Positions 15,875 to 25,475 of a DNA stretch of 64,000 nt are shown here, piece after piece. Position numbers and translations under genes: made by a program. The notes below the pieces were generated by a model, which made no database searches, was not told where the DNA came from, and saw only the letters and a program-made list of their open reading frames with translations. Origin of the DNA: Elusimicrobiales bacterium (GTDB lineage Bacteria; Elusimicrobiota; Elusimicrobia; Elusimicrobiales; UBA9959); NCBI GenBank assembly GCA_023701245.1, contig JAMPXK010000001.1:23-64022 (forward strand). The letters are read 5' to 3'. The stretch's first letter is position 1. Every line of letters starts with the position of its first letter.

Positions 15875-16603
15875 TTACGGCTCCCGCGCCAGGGTGAAGG
15901 CCGCCACGGACCGCGCGCCGGCCTTTTTAAATTCTCCCGCCAGCGACTCCAGCGTGGCCAGCGTCGTGGCCACATCGTCTATCAGCAGCACGTTCCTGCC
16001 CTTTACCAGCTCCGGCTTATCGGCCGCAAAGGCGCCGGCCATGTTGGCCTGGCGCTCCTTCTTGGTCAGGGAGGTCTGGCTGGGCGTGTCCCGCACGCGC
16101 CTGGCCGCCCCGTCGAGGTGAAAGAGCCCCGCCGCCGGGGCGAGCTCCGCGGCCAGGAGCCGGGCCTGGTTGAAGCCCCGGGCGCGCAGTTTGGCCGGGT
16201 GCAGCGGCACGGCCGCGCAGAAATTGTAAGGCGCCAGTTCCGGCAGGCGGCGCAGGGCGGCGGCCATCTCCCCGGCGAGCCACAGGGCCAGGTCCTCGCG
16301 GCCGCGGTACTTCAGGGCGTGTACCAGGGAGCGCAGCTGGGGGTTGAAGACGAAGGCGGACCTGGCCAGCGCCAGAGCGCCGCCGCGGCGGCCGCGGCAA
16401 TCCGGGCAGGAAGCGCCGCCGCCGGCGAGCGGCAGCCCGCAGACCCTGCAGCTCAGGGCGGGCGGCGGCTCCAGCGCGGCCGCGCAGGCCGGACAGAGCG
16501 GACGGTTCTCCAGGTAATGCAGGTCCAGGCCGCAATGCGGGCAGGCCCGCGGCAGCAGCGCGTTCAGCAGCCATTTCCCGGCTTTTAACAGATAAGGCTT
16601 CAT
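15875..16603 (-). CDS. comF: ComF-family phosphoribosyltransferase-like protein
   Basis: 242 aa. N-terminal Zn-finger-like CPHCG...CPAC...CRVCG...CPDC. C-terminal PRTase motif VLLIDDVATT. Confidence 0.85.
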   Translation of the reverse strand: MKPYLLKAGKWLLNALLPRACPHCGLDLHYLENRPLCPACAAALEPPPALSCRVCGLPLAGGGASCPDCRGRRGGALALARSAFVFNPQLRSLVHALKYRGREDLALWLAGEMAAALRRLPELAPYNFCAAVPLHPAKLRARGFNQARLLAAELAPAAGLFHLDGAARRVRDTPSQTSLTKKERQANMAGAFAADKPELVKGRNVLLIDDVATTLATLESLAGEFKKAGARSVAAFTLAREP

Positions 16604-16636
16604 ATCCCCCCGGATACTCGCGCTATTGCCCGGCCT

Positions 16637-19600
16637 TTAGAACTGGAAGGTCAGCGTGCTGCCCGCCTGGTAGGAGAGGAACTCCTCCTGCTTGAGGTAC
16701 TTGTGCCACAGGCGCTGCAGGCCGGCGTTGAAGGTCAGGCGCAGGTTCTTGGCGGCCTCGTAGTCCGCGCTGGAGTTCAGCGTGAAGAGCCTGGTGTTCT
16801 CCGCTATGGTGATGGGCGACGACTTGAGGGCGTAGCTCAGCGTCGTGGTCCAGACTATGCGGTTGGTGAAAATTATCGTCTGCTTCATGAACGGCAGCTT
16901 GAGGCCCTTGGGCAGCTGGAAGTCCGTCTTGATGAGCATGCTGGGGGTGATGGTGCGGGTGTTCTGCGTCACCACGCCCAGGGCGGCCTTGGTCTTGTCG
17001 GAGGTGTAGTCCACCTTGGGGGTGAAGCGGAATTTGCCCTTGTCGAACGAGCCCTGCAGGGTGGCGTCGTCGTGGCGGGTGGCGCCCGTGCGCTGGTTCA
17101 CGCGCAGGTCGCGCTTGTCGGTCAGGCGCAGGTTATAGCTGGTGGCCGTGTCCATCCAGTTGAGCAGCTTGAAGCGCAGGTCCAGGCCGTAAGTGTCGGA
17201 GGCGTCCAGGGAGATGCGCTTGTTCTCGTTGGTGTTGTGCGAGTACTTCAGGTTGATGGTGGCGCTCTGGGCCCAGCGGCGCGCCCCGGTGAGGATCTCC
17301 AGCTGGGACAGGGACATGATCAGGTCGGGGAAGGTGCGGTTGACGCTCTTGGAGGTGGTGCCGGTCACCTCGGAGCGCTGCACCGAGTTGCTGAAATTAT
17401 TGGTCACGGACAGCGTGTTGAGCGCGGAGGCGCGGTTCTTGAACCCGTAGCCTTCGAAGGGCTGCCAGCGCTGGGAGGAGCTTACCGTGTCGCGCAGAGT
17501 GACGGAGTTGCGCTGCGCCAGCGGGTTGGCCGGCTCCAGCGTGTCCCGGATCCAGAGCTTGTTGCGGGAGTTGAATTCCTTCTCCACGTTCTGCCAGACG
17601 TCGCCGTCCTGGATCTGGTAATTGGAGGAAAGCACCATGGAGCGCAGCAGGCGGTTGGACGGGATGAGGTCGTTCATGCTGATGGTGAGGCTGACGCCGC
17701 CCTGGGCGGTGCGGTTAACGCTCTTGATCTGCCCGGCGGTGAAGACCTGCGAGCTGCGCGCCACCGTGACGGTGGTGGTGTTGAGATTATTGCTTTCCAT
17801 GATGGTCACGGAGTAGTTGACCGACGGGTTGAGCCAGCGCGCCAGCAGGAAGTTGGAATTGAAATCCGCGGTCTGCTGCATGGATTTGGGATAGCGTTCG
17901 AGGGAAGCGGGGTCGGCCACGGGGTAACGTTCCTCGCGGGCCGTCTGCAGGCTGTAGCCGGGGTTGAACGAAGAGCCGTTCCACGGGACGAAGGTCAGTT
18001 TTGCGCCGTAGACGTCGGTGCGCTCGCTGGTGTCGTAAAGTCCGGACAGGTTGAGCAGGCGGGTGGGGTCGTATTTTACCCGGCTCATGCCCAGCGAGTA
18101 GTTGAGGTTGAGCGAGCGCGGCAGCACCGGCACCGCGCCCGGCACCGAGTAGGTGAGGTTGGCGGAGTAAAGGTCCTTGTTGTCCTTGCGGCTGAGCAGG
18201 TTGTAGTCGGTGAGGCCCTTGGTGTAGTTCAGGCCCAGCCGCGGCAGGGCGCCCACGCTCAGGGTGCCGGCCGCGGTGCCGTCGAACTTCTTGACGCGGC
18301 CCTGCTGCAGCGAGTTGACCAGGTTATTGGAGCCGGTGACCAGGGCGTTGGGGGTCACGGTGATCTGGCGCGCGGCCGTGACGTTGACGGGGAAGAAGGG
18401 CATGCGGGTGATGTTGAGGTAGCCCGTCTGCTGTTCGTTGTCCTGGTTGGAGATGGCGGTGACCGGCGTCTGGAAATTCCGGTCCACGAAGCGGTGCTTG
18501 CCGCCGAAGCTGAACCAGCCGGGGATCTCGAAGGCGCCTTCCACCTTGCGGGCGTTGCCCACGCGGGTCAGCGGTTCCGAGACGTGCAGTTCGTTGAAAT
18601 AGACGGTGCCGCTGTGGCCCTGGCCGTCCTTGGCGGAGATGCCGACGATGAACTGCGGCACCTGCTGCAGGCTGGGCGCGCCGGTGGAGGTGATGGTGAT
18701 CCACGGGGCGCCCGGGGTCCAGACGTCCGGCACCGAATCGCCGGTGAGGTCGGTCTGGTCTATGGTCACCAGGCGCCAGCCCGTGAAGTCCAGCGGGAAC
18801 TCGGCCTGGAAGTAGCTGTTCTGGTCGCCGGCCTTGATGTAGAAACTGGCGCCGGAAACCAGGCCGCTTTCGCTCTTCACCAGGAAGCGCAGTTTGGCGT
18901 GCTGCGAGATGTCTATGGCCCGGGAGAACTTGCGGTACACGTAGGCCGTGGCCGTGGAATGGATATTGTCGTAGGTTATCGAGAGCGTCTGCTCGGTAAC
19001 CACGCCGTTGGTCTTTTCCTTCTGCTTGGAGACGGAGCCGTAGAGGTCGTTGTAGACCAGGGTGGCGTCGCCGCCGGCTTCGTAGATGGGGGTGTAGCCG
19101 GGGTTGTCGGTATTGTTGACGGCCGTGGCCTGCATGGTGCCGGCCTGCGTGGCCGTGCCGGCGTTGACCGACCAGGTATTGCCGACGGCGGAGATGCGGG
19201 CGAACTTGATCACGCCGGAAGCGGCGCCGCCCGGCTTCTGCTTCAGCGAGACCCGGACCTGCTTTATGGCGTTCCACTTGTAGGTGTCCGTGGACGCTAT
19301 GGCCAGCGGCATCATCAGGGTATGCCAGCCGGAGAAGTCCACGAAGTTCTTGGTGTTGCCGGAATCGTTGTTGTCGGCGAACTTGGACCCGTTCACGTAG
19401 CCGAAACCGCCGCCGGTGAAGTCCTGGGCGTCCAGGCGGCCGTTGCGGTTGAGGTCCTGCGAGTCCAGGCGGCCGTTGCCGGCGCCGTAGCGGCGCGTGC
19501 CGGCCACGTTGGAGGGGGCGTAGAGCCAGCCTATGTCCTCGGAGCTTCCCACCTGCTCGTCGCAGTTGAGGTCCTCGCTCTTGGGCGAGTGGGTGAGCAC

Positions 19601-22039
19601 CAGGCCCGAGGCGCAGGTGAAGGTCTGGCCGCCGGAGTTGTCGGCGTCCTCGTTGACCTGGCCCAGGTGGATGTTGATCTGCGGGCCCTCGGTGCCGGCC
19701 GCGGTGCCGTTCTGCCCGTAAAGCACCAGCTCCAGCACGTTCTTCTGGGAGAAGTCCAGCCCGGTGGGGGACAGCGGGTAGACTATGGAGACTTCGGAGG
19801 AGACGTTGAAATCGTAATTTACGCTCAGCACCTGCTGGCTGCCGTCCGAGGTGGCGGCCGGGTTGATATCGCGCGACTTGACGCTTTCGGTGTTCCAGTC
19901 CAGCGCTCCGGGGTCCGCCGGGGCCAGGGTGGGGTTGGCCGCGATGAACCAGTAGTTCTTGTCCATCGCCGCGGAATCCTCCTGCTTGGCGCCTTCCATG
20001 TTGTCCACCAGCGCCACGTCGTTGAGGTTGGGGTTGAGGCGGCTCTGGGCCGCCTCGGCGCCCAGCGAGGCGCGCAGGCCCAGCAGGTTCATGTTCTTAA
20101 GCTGGGCGTCGCCTTCGTAGACCAGCATGCTGTTGGTCAGGTCGGTCACGTTGGGCACGGTATTGGACTTGATGCCGCCCTGGTAGAGCAGGGTGGAGCC
20201 CAGCGAGAAGTGGCTGCTGAAATCGTAGGAGATGCGGCCGCCCACCAGCGACTGGTTGCCCACCCCGCCGAACGGCGAGACTTCGTAGGAGATGTCTATC
20301 TTGGAGTCCTGGCCTATGCGCTCCGGGTAGTAGAAGGTGATGAAACCGGAGTCGTAGTCTATGAAGTATTCCTCGTTGCGGCCCAGCTTCTTGCCGTCCA
20401 CGCGCACCACTTCCGACTGCAGCACTATGTTGGGCTCCAGGGTGAAGGTCTTGAAGCGGAAGGAGTATTCCACCCGCAGGATGCGTTTGGACACGGGGGC
20501 GGCCGAGTAGACCTGCGGGTCCTCCACCGAGTTGTCGCTTTCCGAAGCGAAGGGGTTGGTCAGGCGCAGGATGCCCTGTTCGAAATCCACCTCGATGGTG
20601 TCGGGATATTTTACGATGGGGTTGCCCGCGTCGGCGTTGGCCCCTGGCACATTGACCTGGTTGCGGTTGAGGTCCTGCACCTTGAGGATGAAGCTGCCGT
20701 TGCCGTTGTCGCGCACCAGGTTGGTCTGGCCTATGGAATAGTAGGTCTTGAGCTCGCGGTTCCAGCAGGTTTCGGCCGCGGCGGTGAGCGTGTCGGAGGA
20801 GATCAGCGGGATGTCGCTGGGGGTCTTGATGATCTTGGGGCGGCCCGTGCCGCCGGTATTCAGCGCCGAGGGCGAGGTGTTCTGCGCCAGCATGGTGCCG
20901 TTCTGGTTCTGGAAGTCTATGATCACCACGTCCTGCGGGTTGAGCGTGCGGCTGAAGGTCACGAGGCCCTTCACATAGTCCATGATGTAGTCGATACCGG
21001 GGCTCAGCAGTTGGAAGCGGCCGTTATAGGTGACCGTGGAGAGGGCCAGGTCGTCGGCGGTAATGTCGAAAACGGTGACGTTGTCCACCTGGGCCAGGGT
21101 CTGCTGGTCTATATAGATGCGCTCGGTGCCGGACTTTATGGGCAGGCGGTTGCAGACCGCCGTGTCGCAGCCGAAGGTGACGTCGTAATACTTGCGGCGC
21201 AGGTAGTTGATGTCCAGGATATCGGCGCCCTGGAACTGGGTGTTGCCGGTGAACTGGCGGGTCTTGGTCTGGCCCTTGGTGCGCGAGCCCACGAAGGTGA
21301 ACTTGAGGCGGTTGGTCTTGAGGTCGGCGCGGATACCGAAGAGCTGCTTGTTGTAGGAGACGAACTCCGTGGCCGGCAGCGACAGGTCGATGTCGCCGAA
21401 AGAGACGTTCTGCACCACCTCGTTGGGGTCGCCGGTGTAGACCACCGAGATGTCCTGCTTGTCCACTTTGGTGTCGTCGTAGTCCACGTTGACGGTTATC
21501 TTCTGGCCCACCTTGCCCTGCATGCGTACCTGCATCTGCTGGGTGATCTCGAAGAGGCTGAGGCTCTTTGGGCGGGTATTGGAGGTCTGCTCGTAAAGGT
21601 ATTTCTTGCCGCTGTAGTTGAGGGCGATGACCTTGCGCCCGGTCACCGAGAGAGTGGTGCCTGACTCCTTGAACTCCACCTGCGGCTCCAGCGCGGGGGG
21701 GGTGTCCGTGGAAACCTCTATGGCCGGCAGGGGCGCCAGTTCCTCGCGGCGGAAGCGGCCTGTTTCCACGGCTTCTCGCACGGAATTCCAGGCGTCCTCG
21801 GTGTAGGAGAAAGGCAGGTCCCCTGACATCCCGTCCAGGCCCTGGTCCTGGCCGGCGGCCGGGGCCTCCGGCTGCTCTATGACGCGGTCGGGGTCCGGGC
21901 GGTCCAGCAGCAGGAAGCGGCCTCCGCCCGGAGAGGGGACGGCAAAGTCGCCCGCCGCCGCGCCGGTGGCGCAGGAGAGGACCGCTGCAAGGAAGAACAG
22001 TTTTGCCGTCGCTTTCACTTTATATAAAGCCAAAACCAT
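16637..22039 (-). CDS. Very large (~1800 aa) predicted outer-membrane beta-barrel protein, possibly SprA/Sov-like
   Basis: ATG at 22039 gives the signal peptide MVLALYKVKATAKLFFLAAVLSCATGAAAG. The C-terminus is ...GSTLTFQF (OMP-type terminal Phe). The N-terminal block VNVDYDDTKV..VVYTGDPNEVVQNVSFGDIDLSL....NKQLFGIRADLKTNRLKFTFVGSRTKGQ resembles my recollection of the SprA N-terminal family. The coding call is strong; the family call is tentative. Confidence 0.6.
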   Translation of the reverse strand: MVLALYKVKATAKLFFLAAVLSCATGAAAGDFAVPSPGGGRFLLLDRPDPDRVIEQPEAPAAGQDQGLDGMSGDLPFSYTEDAWNSVREAVETGRFRREELAPLPAIEVSTDTPPALEPQVEFKESGTTLSVTGRKVIALNYSGKKYLYEQTSNTRPKSLSLFEITQQMQVRMQGKVGQKITVNVDYDDTKVDKQDISVVYTGDPNEVVQNVSFGDIDLSLPATEFVSYNKQLFGIRADLKTNRLKFTFVGSRTKGQTKTRQFTGNTQFQGADILDINYLRRKYYDVTFGCDTAVCNRLPIKSGTERIYIDQQTLAQVDNVTVFDITADDLALSTVTYNGRFQLLSPGIDYIMDYVKGLVTFSRTLNPQDVVIIDFQNQNGTMLAQNTSPSALNTGGTGRPKIIKTPSDIPLISSDTLTAAAETCWNRELKTYYSIGQTNLVRDNGNGSFILKVQDLNRNQVNVPGANADAGNPIVKYPDTIEVDFEQGILRLTNPFASESDNSVEDPQVYSAAPVSKRILRVEYSFRFKTFTLEPNIVLQSEVVRVDGKKLGRNEEYFIDYDSGFITFYYPERIGQDSKIDISYEVSPFGGVGNQSLVGGRISYDFSSHFSLGSTLLYQGGIKSNTVPNVTDLTNSMLVYEGDAQLKNMNLLGLRASLGAEAAQSRLNPNLNDVALVDNMEGAKQEDSAAMDKNYWFIAANPTLAPADPGALDWNTESVKSRDINPAATSDGSQQVLSVNYDFNVSSEVSIVYPLSPTGLDFSQKNVLELVLYGQNGTAAGTEGPQINIHLGQVNEDADNSGGQTFTCASGLVLTHSPKSEDLNCDEQVGSSEDIGWLYAPSNVAGTRRYGAGNGRLDSQDLNRNGRLDAQDFTGGGFGYVNGSKFADNNDSGNTKNFVDFSGWHTLMMPLAIASTDTYKWNAIKQVRVSLKQKPGGAASGVIKFARISAVGNTWSVNAGTATQAGTMQATAVNNTDNPGYTPIYEAGGDATLVYNDLYGSVSKQKEKTNGVVTEQTLSITYDNIHSTATAYVYRKFSRAIDISQHAKLRFLVKSESGLVSGASFYIKAGDQNSYFQAEFPLDFTGWRLVTIDQTDLTGDSVPDVWTPGAPWITITSTGAPSLQQVPQFIVGISAKDGQGHSGTVYFNELHVSEPLTRVGNARKVEGAFEIPGWFSFGGKHRFVDRNFQTPVTAISNQDNEQQTGYLNITRMPFFPVNVTAARQITVTPNALVTGSNNLVNSLQQGRVKKFDGTAAGTLSVGALPRLGLNYTKGLTDYNLLSRKDNKDLYSANLTYSVPGAVPVLPRSLNLNYSLGMSRVKYDPTRLLNLSGLYDTSERTDVYGAKLTFVPWNGSSFNPGYSLQTAREERYPVADPASLERYPKSMQQTADFNSNFLLARWLNPSVNYSVTIMESNNLNTTTVTVARSSQVFTAGQIKSVNRTAQGGVSLTISMNDLIPSNRLLRSMVLSSNYQIQDGDVWQNVEKEFNSRNKLWIRDTLEPANPLAQRNSVTLRDTVSSSQRWQPFEGYGFKNRASALNTLSVTNNFSNSVQRSEVTGTTSKSVNRTFPDLIMSLSQLEILTGARRWAQSATINLKYSHNTNENKRISLDASDTYGLDLRFKLLNWMDTATSYNLRLTDKRDLRVNQRTGATRHDDATLQGSFDKGKFRFTPKVDYTSDKTKAALGVVTQNTRTITPSMLIKTDFQLPKGLKLPFMKQTIIFTNRIVWTTTLSYALKSSPITIAENTRLFTLNSSADYEAAKNLRLTFNAGLQRLWHKYLKQEEFLSYQAGSTLTFQF

Positions 22040-22107
22040 ATGCCTGCCGGTTTTTCCCGGGCAAGCAAGACCGCGGCCGCCGCGAAGTTTCCACGGCACC
22101 GTCGATA

Positions 22108-22113
22108 TATAAT
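22108..22113 (+). promoter_or_regulatory. Putative -10 hexamer TATAAT, 11 nt upstream of ATG 22125
   Basis: AT island GATATATAATAGAATAAATAA between divergent genes. No SD. Confidence 0.35.
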
Positions 22114-22124
22114 AGAATAAATAA

Positions 22125-23237
22125 ATGGCCGTGCCTATAGCCAGACTTTACCTGCTGAAGGTCTTCTCCAAATTCCTGGGGCTGTCGCTGTTCGTCTTCG
22201 TGTCGCTCCTGGTGATGCTGAATTTCGTGCAGATAGTGAACCAGGGCGTGCTGGCCGGGTTCTCGTTCTACTTCCTGGCCAAGAGCATCCTCTTCCTGCT
22301 GCCCAATATAGTGGCCACCTCGCTGCCGCTGGCCTTCCTGCTCGCCATGCTGCTCTCGCTGGGGCAGATGTCGCAGGACGGGGAGATCATTGCCCTGCGC
22401 GCCGGCGGGTTCTCCTTCCACGAGATCCTGTCCTGCGTTTTCTGGGCGTCGGTAGCGGCGTCGCTGCTGCTGCTGCTGGTCAATAACTGGCTCGGGCCCG
22501 CGGCCCTGCGGCGGTCCACCGATTACACCGTGTCGATGCTCAATCGCGTCACCAAGATAGAACTTAAACCGCGCACGTTCCAGAAGATCTCGGACTGGGT
22601 GCTGTACGCCGGGGAAGTGGACGCCCTCAGCGGGGACATGCGCAGCGTAAAACTGGTGCGGCGCATCAACAAGGGCGAGGCGCCCGCTTTCGTCACCAAG
22701 ATCAACGCCGCGGACGGACGCTACCGCGTGGTTCGCGAGAAAGGGCTGGAGATAGAACTGGCCAGCGGCCAGTTCAGCCAGACGGACTGCGCCGACGCCG
22801 AAAAACTCCTGTACGGGAAATTCTCCTCCTACAAGACCCTGCTGCCTTTCTTCTCCTCCAGCGGGCCGGGCCGCAAGCTCAACCAGCGCGAGATCTCCAC
22901 TCCCGGCCTCCTGGCGCGTCTGCGCGAAGGCATCTCCGACCCGCAGATCGCCGCCAAATACCGCATCGAGGCGGCTTCCCGTTTCGCGCTGGCGCTGGCG
23001 CCGCTGGTGTTCTTCCTGGTGGGGGCCCCGCTGGGCGTGGCGCTGGACAAGCGCGGCCGCTCGGCCGGTTTCGGGCTTACGCTGCTCATAATTTTCTTCT
23101 ATTACGGCCTGACCATAACGGGGATGGTGCTGGCCCGTAAATACGACGCGCTGTTCCCGTGGATAATCTTCGTGCCGGCGCTGTTGACCGGGGCCGCCGG
23201 CGGCTGGCTCTGGCGCAGGCGGCTGTACGCCAAATAA
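22125..23237 (+). CDS. LptF/LptG-family (YjgP/YjgQ) LPS export permease
   Basis: 370 aa. Six-TM layout with a central periplasmic beta-jellyroll-like insert. Paired with a paralog immediately downstream. Confidence 0.75.
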   Translation: MAVPIARLYLLKVFSKFLGLSLFVFVSLLVMLNFVQIVNQGVLAGFSFYFLAKSILFLLPNIVATSLPLAFLLAMLLSLGQMSQDGEIIALRAGGFSFHEILSCVFWASVAASLLLLLVNNWLGPAALRRSTDYTVSMLNRVTKIELKPRTFQKISDWVLYAGEVDALSGDMRSVKLVRRINKGEAPAFVTKINAADGRYRVVREKGLEIELASGQFSQTDCADAEKLLYGKFSSYKTLLPFFSSSGPGRKLNQREISTPGLLARLREGISDPQIAAKYRIEAASRFALALAPLVFFLVGAPLGVALDKRGRSAGFGLTLLIIFFYYGLTITGMVLARKYDALFPWIIFVPALLTGAAGGWLWRRRLYAK

Positions 23238-24326
23238 ATGAACAGGATCTTCTACCGTTATATCGCGCGTTCCTTCTGGGCCCCCTTCGGGTTCGGGCTG
23301 GGCGTGTTCTGCCTGCTGCTGCTGTTCGGCAGCCTGTTCGATAATCTCAACTTTTTCATGAAGAGCGGCGCCGGCGCCGGCGTTTTCCTGAGCTACGTGG
23401 TCTACCAGGCGCCGTATTTCATGGTCAAGATGACGCCTATCGCCACGCTGCTGGCGGTGCTGTTCTCCCTGGGCGGGATGATGGCCAGCGGGGAATGGAA
23501 AGCGGGGCTTGCCGGCGGCTGGCGGCCTTTCGACATGATCAAGCCGCTCCTGGTCTGCGCGGCGCTCGCCGGGGCGGGGCAGTTCGTCCTGCAGGAGACG
23601 GCGGCCCCGGAATTCTTCCTGCGTTCGGAACACCTGTTCGAGGAAAAGTTGCGCGGCCGCGAGGACTGGCGGCGCGTGGTGAAAAAGGACGTTTCTTTTT
23701 CGGCCGGGGACGAAGTGTTCGTGACGGCGCACCTTTTCGACGGCCGCCGCCGGGCCATGGAAAGGGTGATAGTCAACATCTACAAGGAAGGGGCGCTCTT
23801 CCTGGAGGTCAACGCGGCGTTGGCCACCTGGCAGAGCGGGCCGCGCCGCTGGATCTTCCATGACGGCGTAATGATAAAGTACGACGGCGACAAGAAACCG
23901 GTCACCAAACGGTTCCAAGACTACGATTCCGCCATAGCGGTGCCGCCTGAGAACCTGGTGCTGGAGAAACTGGTGCCGGAGGGGGTATCCTCCCTGGACG
24001 TGCTGCGGCGCCTGCACAGGCTCAAGGCAGTGGGCGCGCCCTCCGCCGCGGAGCGCACGCTGCTATGGATAAAACTGTCCGCCCCGCTGGCCAACCCCGC
24101 TATGGCGCTGATAGGCGCGGCCATGGTGCTCCTGATGCGCAGGAATAATAAATTTTTCAGTTTCGGGCTGGCGCTGGGGTTCGGGTTCTTCTTCTGGGCC
24201 GTGATCATAATGGCGCAGGAAGCGGGGAACGCCGAGATCGTGCCCCCCGTCGTGGCCGGTCTGGCGCCGGCGGCGGCTTTCGCTCTGGCCTCGCTGTGGG
24301 GCCTGCGCAAGGCGCGCGCTATTTAG
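23238..24326 (+). CDS. LptF/LptG-family (YjgP/YjgQ) LPS export permease
   Basis: 362 aa. The start abuts the upstream stop. N-terminus MNRIFYRYIARSFWAPF is typical of the family. Confidence 0.75.
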   Translation: MNRIFYRYIARSFWAPFGFGLGVFCLLLLFGSLFDNLNFFMKSGAGAGVFLSYVVYQAPYFMVKMTPIATLLAVLFSLGGMMASGEWKAGLAGGWRPFDMIKPLLVCAALAGAGQFVLQETAAPEFFLRSEHLFEEKLRGREDWRRVVKKDVSFSAGDEVFVTAHLFDGRRRAMERVIVNIYKEGALFLEVNAALATWQSGPRRWIFHDGVMIKYDGDKKPVTKRFQDYDSAIAVPPENLVLEKLVPEGVSSLDVLRRLHRLKAVGAPSAAERTLLWIKLSAPLANPAMALIGAAMVLLMRRNNKFFSFGLALGFGFFFWAVIIMAQEAGNAEIVPPVVAGLAPAAAFALASLWGLRKARAI

Positions 24327-24819
24327 GGTAGGTTACCGCGAGCACTTCCAGTTTCACCAACTGGTTCTTCCTTTCAAAAGAGACCGCCGCGCCGGCTTTG
24401 GCGCCGATAAGGGCGGCCGCCAGCGGCGCCGACCAGTTCAGCTTTCCCGCCGCCGGGTCCGCCTCGTCCTCCCCGACGATAGAGTAGTTGCGCTCCGCCC
24501 CGCCGGCTTCTCTGACCCGCACCGCCGCGCCGAAGCGCACTTCCCCGTCCGTCAGCCCGCGGTTGTCCACCAGTATGGCCCGCTTTATCTGGCCTTCGTA
24601 GTAACTCAGGTCCAGTTCCGCCTGGCGCAGGGGCAGGCCCGAGGGTTCGCCAGGTTTTTTAGCCGCGGCCAGGCGCGCGCGCAGCGCGTTCACCTCCGCG
24701 GCCCTGGCGTGCAGCTGGGCCAGCCCGGCGGGCGTAACGTAGTTGGGGCGGCCGCTGGGCAGCCGTTTCACCGGTTCTTCCGGGGTTTCCCCGTCGTTCT
24801 TTAAAAAAGCTCGGCTCAT
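24319..24819 (-). CDS. GreA/GreB-family transcription factor homolog with non-canonical coiled-coil tip
   Basis: 166 aa. AAGGAG SD. The C-terminal domain YSIVGEDEADPAAGKLNWSAPLAAALIGAKAG matches the Gre C-domain (YRIVG.DEAD....IS..SP.A.ALIGK). The tip sequence is KKPGEPSG instead of DLxENAEY. Confidence 0.7.
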   Translation of the reverse strand: MSRAFLKNDGETPEEPVKRLPSGRPNYVTPAGLAQLHARAAEVNALRARLAAAKKPGEPSGLPLRQAELDLSYYEGQIKRAILVDNRGLTDGEVRFGAAVRVREAGGAERNYSIVGEDEADPAAGKLNWSAPLAAALIGAKAGAAVSFERKNQLVKLEVLAVTYPK

Positions 24820-24821
24820 GC

Positions 24822-25475
24822 TTACTCCTTCCCGGAAAACAGCAGATAGAACTTCCCGCGCGGGCGCAGGCGGCCGGCCGGTATGCTTTTATCCCCGCGC
24901 GCGGCCCTGGCGAAGATCTCCTTCTTGGCCGGCCCTGCGGCCAGCAGCACGGTTACGCGGGCTTGCTCGAGCGCTGCGGGGGTAAGGGTCACCCTGCGCC
25001 CGGGTGTTACTCCGGCAGGGGCTTTTACCTCCAGCGCCAGCCGGCGGGATCTCCAGGCCGCGAAACCGGGGAAAATAGAAGCCGTGTGCCCGTCCGCGCC
25101 CAGGCCTATAAAGGCAAGGTCCAGACGGCCCGCGGCTGGCCTGAGGGCTTTCTCGAAGGCGGCCGGGGACCGCGCCGGGCGCAGGCTGGCGGGCTGGACT
25201 TTGCCGGGAGAGAAAAAAAGGCGGCGGGCCGCGCCGAAGTTGCTGTGGCGGGAAGTGAACGGGACCAGGCGTTCGTCGGACATAAGGAACACGGCTTTAT
25301 GCCAGGGCAGCCGCGCCGCGCTCAATTCTTTGAACAGCCGCACGGGCGTGGCGCCGCCGGGCAGGGCTACGGTGACCGTCCTGCGGGTTTTTTTCAGCGC
25401 GAGTTCAAGCAGTTGCGCGGAGAAGCGCGCCATGCCGGCGCCAGAGCGAAAGCGTTTTACTATCCTTACACCCAT
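24822..25475 (-). CDS. pgl: 6-phosphogluconolactonase
   Basis: LPGGATP, SDERLVP and GLGADGHTASIFPG motifs. ATG at 25475 was chosen (10-nt overlap with zwf); an alternative ATG lies at 25433. Confidence 0.8.
   Translation of the reverse strand: MGVRIVKRFRSGAGMARFSAQLLELALKKTRRTVTVALPGGATPVRLFKELSAARLPWHKAVFLMSDERLVPFTSRHSNFGAARRLFFSPGKVQPASLRPARSPAAFEKALRPAAGRLDLAFIGLGADGHTASIFPGFAAWRSRRLALEVKAPAGVTPGRRVTLTPAALEQARVTVLLAAGPAKKEIFARAARGDKSIPAGRLRPRGKFYLLFSGKE

Noticed and set aside
16703-21664. 1653-aa ORF on the plus strand, antisense to the giant OMP gene
   Set aside because: Composition is dominated by V/G/A/L/E/H/D/Q/R with no motifs, signal or domain logic. It lies exactly antisense to a gene with clear protein features. 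In GC-rich genomes, sense codons rarely end in A or T, so the antisense frame whose codon first positions pair with sense third positions almost never forms TAA/TAG/TGA. This is an expected artefact.
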